Source of the DNA: Candidatus Calditenuis fumarioli
GTDB taxonomy: Archaea > Thermoproteota > Nitrososphaeria_A > Caldarchaeales > Calditenuaceae
Direction of reading: 5' to 3'
Assembly (NCBI GenBank): GCA_030059665.1
Contig: JANVYR010000002.1
Span: 64,001-128,000 of the forward strand
Length of the DNA stretch: 64,000 nucleotides
Shown here: positions 58,556 to 64,000 of the stretch, piece after piece
Layout: the number at the start of each line of letters is the position of its first letter
Position numbering within the stretch: the stretch's first letter is position 1
Notes under the pieces: model-generated
The model's database searches: none
The model's input: the letters and a program-made list of their open reading frames with translations, nothing else
Told to the model about the DNA's origin: nothing
Made by a program: the position numbers and the translations under genes

Positions 58556-59212
58556 CTGTCCGTCGAGCCGTTCGATGAGGGATCGGCGGAGCAGCCGGAG
58601 GAGGTCGTCTCAGATCGAGAGCTGACCAAGCTGGAGCGGAAGGTGGCCATCGCCGCTGCACTGATCCTGACCTCTGGCCACAGGCAGCCCGGGGTCAGGG
58701 GCTGGGAGCTCAGGAGGAGGCTCGGCAAGAACTACCCCAAGGTGCTCGAAGCGCTCGACTCCAGGCTTAAGCGGATAGGGTTGAGGCTCAAGGTGGTCCA
58801 CGAGGACGATTCTCAGGATCCAGATAGGGCCAGGTACTACGTGGTGGTAGCCGAGCCGCTCGCGCTATCGGACCTGACGACGCTGGGCTACAGCATCGAC
58901 GAGGTCGCTGTCTTGGCCGCAACGCTCGCCTACCTGTATGCCTCCAACGACAGGAGGCCCTACAAGGAGGTCGTGGAGCTGCTGGAGACCAAGTACCCCA
59001 AGTGGCGGGTAGAGAGCATACTGGAACGTTTGATCAGGAGGGGCTATCTCGTCAGGACCGAGGACGACCAGCTGGTAGTCGGCTGGAGGTCGAGGGTCGA
59101 GGTCGACAAGCAGGAGCTGCTGAGGGCAATCGCCTCCCTCGGCAAGTTCCCGTCCGGCGAGCAGCCCCCTCAACCCGAGGCCGACAGCGCACCGAGCGAG
59201 GACCAGACGTAG
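58556..59212 (+). CDS. KITE-like tandem winged-helix protein (Nse1/Nse3/ScpB/MksE-related)
   Basis: Frame open from 58553; CTG start 6 nt after GAGGTGA; ILERLIRRGYL and VVGWRSRVEV resemble KITE C-termini. Confidence 0.6.
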   Translation: MSVEPFDEGSAEQPEEVVSDRELTKLERKVAIAAALILTSGHRQPGVRGWELRRRLGKNYPKVLEALDSRLKRIGLRLKVVHEDDSQDPDRARYYVVVAEPLALSDLTTLGYSIDEVAVLAATLAYLYASNDRRPYKEVVELLETKYPKWRVESILERLIRRGYLVRTEDDQLVVGWRSRVEVDKQELLRAIASLGKFPSGEQPPQPEADSAPSEDQT

Positions 59213-59826
59213 ACCATGTAGAGGCCTGCCGCGAGCAACACGAACCTCCCAAGGTACCACGTGTATCTGGTCGCGCCGGAGAACTTCCTGATCGCCCTGC
59301 CACCGATCAGCGAGAGGGCCAGCACCAGCGCTCCCACCGGCAGCAACATGCCTGCTGAGTACGCCGCCAGCAGCGGAACCGAGCCCTCCGGTCCCAGCAG
59401 AGCTGAGTACAGGACCAGAACCAAAAAGGTGGGAAGGGCGCAACCGGCAGCTCCGAACGCGTAGAGCGCACCGGCCGCGACCATCCTGAAAGAGCTTCGA
59501 CTGCCGATCAGCAGCGGACCAGCGAGCCCGAGGCCCGACCTGCCAGCGAGGGCCAGCGCCACAGTACCGGCCCCTGCCACTAGCGTCATGTGGGGCATGA
59601 CCGGTGCGAGCGCGAACTTAGCGGTGGATGCTGCCAGCGTAAGGATCGCCAGCGTGCCGATCGATCCCATCGCCATCATGAGGAACCTCCTCAGCGCCTC
59701 CCTCGCGGTCGGGGTTCCGGAACCTCCGTAGAGCACGAGCGCCGGGAGCAGCGAGTAACCGCAGGGCGTGAGGACGGTCGAGAGGCCCGCGAGGAAGGCC
59801 GTGACGACCATCACAGGGTCAGGCAT
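59170..59826 (-). CDS. ccdA: CcdA/DsbD-type transmembrane electron transporter
   Basis: LTPCGYSLLP and AAGCALP Cys motifs in a six-TM protein. Confidence 0.85.
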   Translation of the reverse strand: MPDPVMVVTAFLAGLSTVLTPCGYSLLPALVLYGGSGTPTAREALRRFLMMAMGSIGTLAILTLAASTAKFALAPVMPHMTLVAGAGTVALALAGRSGLGLAGPLLIGSRSSFRMVAAGALYAFGAAGCALPTFLVLVLYSALLGPEGSVPLLAAYSAGMLLPVGALVLALSLIGGRAIRKFSGATRYTWYLGRFVLLAAGLYMVYVWSSLGALSASG

Positions 59827-59827
59827 C

Positions 59828-60832
59828 TCATCCACCGCCAGAGCTGCGTGCGACCGCCTCGAGCGCAGCGGCAAGCTCCGACGGCGAGAAGACGCCCCAC
59901 CTCCTCTCGTAGACGACCCGCCCGTCTGGATCGAACCCGAGCAGCGTCTCCTGCGAAACCACCTTCAGGTCGTTCAGGAACTGGATGTTGGCCGTCACGT
60001 AGATCCAGTCGTCTGGCAGGTTCATCCTTCGCTTGAAGTCGAGCACGTCATCGTCCGAGTCGCTCGGGTCGAAGCTCTTCGCAACCACCGTCACTTTTCC
60101 CCTGTACGGCTCGTAGGCCTTCGCAGCGTTCCGGACGTTCGTCGAGCACGTGGGGCACCAAGTCGCGAAGAAGATCACCAGCACCGGCCTTCCCCTCGAT
60201 AGGAGCTCCCGGAGCGTCACGGTCCCGCCTCCTACCAGCCTGAGGGGCCTGTCGAGGTAGACCGGTTCGTGCATGCCCTCGTGGGTCTGAACGTACCGCT
60301 GCGTCTCACCACCGCGCAGAAGCGAGGCGTACTTCTCCACCAGAGCCTCCCAGGAGAGGAGCTGACCTCCCGAGCTGATCGCGTGCTCCGAGGCCGCCGA
60401 GATCTCCCTGAAGGCCACGATGCCCGACCCCATCGGCGTCCTCACAGACGAACCCATGACGAACCACGCGCCCTCCGCAGAGACGGGCCGTCCAGTAGTC
60501 AGGTCGTGCACGACCACCTTCTCGACCTCGGAGAACCTGAGGCCGATCAGTTTGCCGGAACCCCTGATCCTTCCGGTCCCGACGAGGTAGAAGACCAAGA
60601 GGCAATAGATGTCGTCGAACCTCAGCGTTCTGCCGTCGGCCAGCATCGCCCCCGCGAACCTCCTGTCACGTATCGGCATCTCGCAGTAGTCGCAACGATC
60701 CTCTCCCTCTCGAATGAGCTCCTCCTGGTTCCACTCGGTTGTTCTCCTGAAGAAAAGGAAGGAGGCGATCAGGACCGCGGCCGATCCTATTGTTGCGAGG
60801 AACTCCCTGCGCCCGAGCCTCACCGGAGGCAT
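59828..60832 (-). CDS. NosL-like copper chaperone fused to a TlpA-like thioredoxin; twin-arginine signal
   Basis: RRE-FL signal, CDYCEMPI, FDDIYCL, TPMGSGIVAF, then FFATWCPTC. Confidence 0.8.
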   Translation of the reverse strand: MPPVRLGRREFLATIGSAAVLIASFLFFRRTTEWNQEELIREGEDRCDYCEMPIRDRRFAGAMLADGRTLRFDDIYCLLVFYLVGTGRIRGSGKLIGLRFSEVEKVVVHDLTTGRPVSAEGAWFVMGSSVRTPMGSGIVAFREISAASEHAISSGGQLLSWEALVEKYASLLRGGETQRYVQTHEGMHEPVYLDRPLRLVGGGTVTLRELLSRGRPVLVIFFATWCPTCSTNVRNAAKAYEPYRGKVTVVAKSFDPSDSDDDVLDFKRRMNLPDDWIYVTANIQFLNDLKVVSQETLLGFDPDGRVVYERRWGVFSPSELAAALEAVARSSGGG

Positions 60833-60836
60833 CGCG

Positions 60837-61316
60837 TCACTGCTCGACTATCACCGTTCCGGTCATCCACGGGTGGAGGTTGCAGTAATAGTCGAACCTG
60901 CCAGGCTTTGTGAAGGTGAACGAAACCGACTGACCGGGGTTAACGGATGGGAAGTTGAACGACCCGTCCCTGGCCACAACCGCATGCGTGACGTCGTCCT
61001 CGTTCACCCATACCACCGTGTTGTTAACGCCGATCTTGACCTTGACGACCTGCGGCTCGAAGGTCAGGTTCGGGTTCGTCCCGGAGCCTTTGGGGTTGAT
61101 CACGGTGACCCTGCCGGATGCCTGCGGCGTGGTGCGCTGCGTCGTCTGCTGCACGGCAGTCGTGGTCTTAGTTTGGATTTGCGTGGTTTGAGGAGTGGTA
61201 ACCCTCGTGGTTTGCTCCGCAGGAGCCCGTGGCGGCTGGGCTGACAGGTACAGGTAGATCGCTGCGCCCGCGATCACGAGGACCGCGAGCACCGCCATTG
61301 CCGAGACGTTCCTCAT
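60837..61316 (-). CDS. Cupredoxin (plastocyanin-like) with Thr/Gln linker
   Basis: N-terminal TM, THAVV and YYCNLHPWM type-1 Cu ligands. Confidence 0.9.
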   Translation of the reverse strand: MRNVSAMAVLAVLVIAGAAIYLYLSAQPPRAPAEQTTRVTTPQTTQIQTKTTTAVQQTTQRTTPQASGRVTVINPKGSGTNPNLTFEPQVVKVKIGVNNTVVWVNEDDVTHAVVARDGSFNFPSVNPGQSVSFTFTKPGRFDYYCNLHPWMTGTVIVEQ

Positions 61317-61333
61317 GGGTCCGTCACCTCAAC

Positions 61334-62392
61334 TCACTCCTCGACTATCAGAAGGCCTATCATGCCGGCGTCGGCGTGGCTGACCACATGGCAGTGGAAC
61401 AGGTAGACTCCGGGCTTCGTGTAGGTGACCTCAACGGTGTCCGCAGCTCCGGGCACGAGGGGGACGACCTGCGCCGGCCACGACCTTCCTCCCAGCACCC
61501 ACTTGGACTTCAGGTCCCCGACGTGGAGGTGCCAGCTGTGGTAGATGTCGCCGATGTTGACGATGTGGAACCTGATCTTCTCGCCGACCTTCGCCTTGAA
61601 GACCGGGAAGGACTTGTTGAAGAGCTGCGCCACGCCCTCGAGTCCCTTCAGGTTGGGGAAGATCTTGCTCTTTCCGGTGTAGACCAGCTCTAGCTCAGGC
61701 TCCCCTCCCGGCAGGCCCTTCCCGTTCATGATGTAGAAGGGCCTCGGACCCTCGCCCGTTATAGCACCGGGAACCGAAGGAAGCTCTGACATGAAGACCA
61801 CGAACTCCCTCGCCGGCGGCTCGTCGAAGTCGTAGACGATGATGGCTCCGTAGAGGCCCATCAGCATGTGGTCAACTATCCTCAGACCTCCTCCGGCCAC
61901 CGGACCTCCCGAGTGGCAGTGGTAGTACCAAATTCCGGGCTTAGTTGCAGGCCACTCGTAGACCCACTCTCCTCCCGGAGGTATCATCGATCCCTTTCCG
62001 ACACCTGTCAGGATGTTGATCTGGCTGCCGTCGTGCTGGAGGTCGTAGTACGGCATATGCGGGTGGAGGCTGTGGGTGAGGTTCAGCTTGTTCACGGCCC
62101 TGACCCTGATGAGGTCGCCGACCCTCGCCACCAGCGTCGGTCCGGGAACGGTGCCGTTGTACGTCCACGCGTGCCACACCACACCCGGCGCGATCTCTAT
62201 GTCAGCCCCTTTGATCTCGATGTAGTACTCCCTCACCTGACCCGTTTGAGCCTGCACCGGAACGCCGACCTGCCTCGCGAGCTGCGTCATCACCGGCGAG
62301 ACGTACGGGGCCACCAGAACGCCGATCACGACGCCCGCAGCCACCAGCAGCAGGAAGAGCAACACCGTTCTTCCCTGATTTGTTCCCGACAT
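61334..62392 (-). CDS. Two-domain multicopper oxidase (NirK/small-laccase superfamily)
   Basis: HSLHPH, WYYHCH...HMLMG, HSWHLH, YLFHCHVVSHADAGM. Confidence 0.88.
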   Translation of the reverse strand: MSGTNQGRTVLLFLLLVAAGVVIGVLVAPYVSPVMTQLARQVGVPVQAQTGQVREYYIEIKGADIEIAPGVVWHAWTYNGTVPGPTLVARVGDLIRVRAVNKLNLTHSLHPHMPYYDLQHDGSQINILTGVGKGSMIPPGGEWVYEWPATKPGIWYYHCHSGGPVAGGGLRIVDHMLMGLYGAIIVYDFDEPPAREFVVFMSELPSVPGAITGEGPRPFYIMNGKGLPGGEPELELVYTGKSKIFPNLKGLEGVAQLFNKSFPVFKAKVGEKIRFHIVNIGDIYHSWHLHVGDLKSKWVLGGRSWPAQVVPLVPGAADTVEVTYTKPGVYLFHCHVVSHADAGMIGLLIVEE

Positions 62393-62515
62393 CAATTACA
62401 ACTGCTTTTCGCTTTATGATAAACCTGTAGTTATAATGAATCTCAATTTGTGAAGGCAGCGTAGCGAACTGTACGCAATTGCATACAACTGTGTACCACC
62501 AGCTGACTCGAGGCG

Positions 62516-64000
62516 TCACCTGAAGGCCTGAAGCAGGCGCTCCTTCTCCGCCTCCATCAGCAGCTCGAAGAACCTCGGCGTCAGCCTGGGCTCGGCGCTG
62601 AGGATCCGCTCGGCGTCCTTCACGGTCAGGTTCCTCCCGACCAGCGCTACGATCGCAGCCTTCCCGTACCTCTCGATCAGCTCCGCCGTTTTCTCGGCCT
62701 CCCTCAGGACCCTCCTCTCCTCGGAGGAGAGGGATTTGCCGCGCTTGGCGAGGACGGACGAGAGCAGGTCCTCATCGGCCCTGAACAGGCCGAGCTTCCT
62801 GGAGCCGCACGCGGGGCACCTGGGCTGGGGATCGAGGGACCCGACGTCAGAACGTATGGCATCGGCCAGGCACTCGACGCAGATCAGGGTCACGCGCTCC
62901 GACATCAGCCTCCCCTTGACCATGTTCAGCACGACCCTGTGCACCCGCTCGGGTGCGAAGGTCTCGAACTCGTACAGGTACCTGTTGATGGTGAGGGCCG
63001 CTAGCGGGCTCGGAGCCGGCAGCCTCACGACCTTCACCGAGACCTCACCCCTGATGATCCGCTCCAGCTCCCTCCTCGTGCCGGGCCAGTCGTAGTCGGT
63101 GACCGAGGTGAATCTGAGGGCCTCCACGTAAGGTGCCGATCCCCTGAGGGCCTCGACCAGCTGCCTCGCGCTGACGTCGAGGAGGCTCGTCTCCTTCCCC
63201 ACAACGCCCATCTTCCTTGCCACGTGGATCAGCCTGCGCCTGAAGACGCCGGAGCCCTCGATGGCCCTCCTCATCAGATCCTCCGAAAGCAGCCTCGGGA
63301 TCGCCTCCACGACCGCCTCCGGCTCGAGCAGCTTCGACCTCAGCACTATCCTGTACGGATCCGACTGGACGGAGACCGGTGATCCCAGCTCCTCCGCGAG
63401 GTGCGTCACGAGAAGCCTCGCGATCGTCCTGTTGATCCTGAGGCCACCGCAGTGGTGGACGACCACGAACTCGCCCGCACCCTCCACCAGAACCTCCCTG
63501 TCGGTCGGGACCGGTATCCCCAGGTTGAGGTGCGCCTCGACCTCGGCAAGGGCCCTCCTCATGTCCTGCTCGGGGACCGAGTACTCGGCCGCCAGAACCG
63601 AGACCGCCGCATCGACGTCAACGCCAGACCTCCTCATCTCGGCGTACCTCCGCCTGATCGACCCGACCTCCTGCGCCACCTCAAACGGCACCGGGATCTC
63701 GTCACCGACCCAGGATGGGACCGCGCCCTCGCCCTCCCTGAGGGGTGCAACGTAGATCCGGTCGCCCGACAGGCTCAGGATGACCCAGGGCCTGCCTCCC
63801 AGGATGAAGCGCGTGCCGACCTCGCCGTACTCCGCGACGAAGCTCTCGTCCAGTATCCCCACCGGCTCGTTCGTCCCCTCCTCGACCACCAGGTACTGCC
63901 TCTCCTCCGGGATCATCGAGAGGTTGTCGAAGTAGTAGCTGTAGAGGACCTTCGGGTTCGGAGGTCTCGTGACCCGGTCTCCCTGGACCCTGAGGAGGCC
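62516..64000 (-). CDS. lhr: Lhr-family DEAD/H helicase, C-terminal part (5' end beyond window)
   Basis: Frame open to the window edge (YYFDNLSMIPEER), FILGGRPW, VPSWVGDEIPV, Zn ribbon CPACGS. Confidence 0.88.
   Translation of the reverse strand, partial: GLLRVQGDRVTRPPNPKVLYSYYFDNLSMIPEERQYLVVEEGTNEPVGILDESFVAEYGEVGTRFILGGRPWVILSLSGDRIYVAPLREGEGAVPSWVGDEIPVPFEVAQEVGSIRRRYAEMRRSGVDVDAAVSVLAAEYSVPEQDMRRALAEVEAHLNLGIPVPTDREVLVEGAGEFVVVHHCGGLRINRTIARLLVTHLAEELGSPVSVQSDPYRIVLRSKLLEPEAVVEAIPRLLSEDLMRRAIEGSGVFRRRLIHVARKMGVVGKETSLLDVSARQLVEALRGSAPYVEALRFTSVTDYDWPGTRRELERIIRGEVSVKVVRLPAPSPLAALTINRYLYEFETFAPERVHRVVLNMVKGRLMSERVTLICVECLADAIRSDVGSLDPQPRCPACGSRKLGLFRADEDLLSSVLAKRGKSLSSEERRVLREAEKTAELIERYGKAAIVALVGRNLTVKDAERILSAEPRLTPRFFELLMEAEKERLLQAFR

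Overview
High-GC archaeal chromosome segment. The unsplit Rpo1 and Rpo2, aEF-1alpha, aEF-2, aIF2gamma, TFE, Trm56 and Thi4 point to a thermophilic TACK archaeon, most plausibly Aigarchaeota/Caldarchaeales (inference). Most of the window is densely packed housekeeping and metabolic genes: lactate utilisation (LutC, LutB-CCG fusion, SLC13 permease), an Fe/B12-type and a W/Mo-type ABC transporter, rpoH-rpoB-rpoA, translation factors, TyrRS, RPA-like, KaiC-like and a partial Lhr helicase. Four things stand out. (1) An AT-richer island at about 8.35-10.1 kb encodes an IS110-like RuvC/coiled-coil/Nop-type protein whose catalytic-serine loop appears replaced by an acidic run; it has structured non-coding flanks and is followed by a separate, strongly base-paired 110-nt element upstream of a PRTase gene. 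(2) A three-gene operon encodes a short, apparently hinge-less SMC5/6-like ATPase, a kleisin-like protein and a KITE-like protein. (3) A copper module encodes a two-domain multicopper oxidase, a cupredoxin, a Tat-type NosL-thioredoxin fusion and CcdA. (4) An orphan 26-bp repeat / 39-bp spacer / 26-bp repeat unit lies at 49.3 kb. I found no tRNA, rRNA, cas gene or true CRISPR array. All family assignments come from motif recognition by eye; no database search was run.
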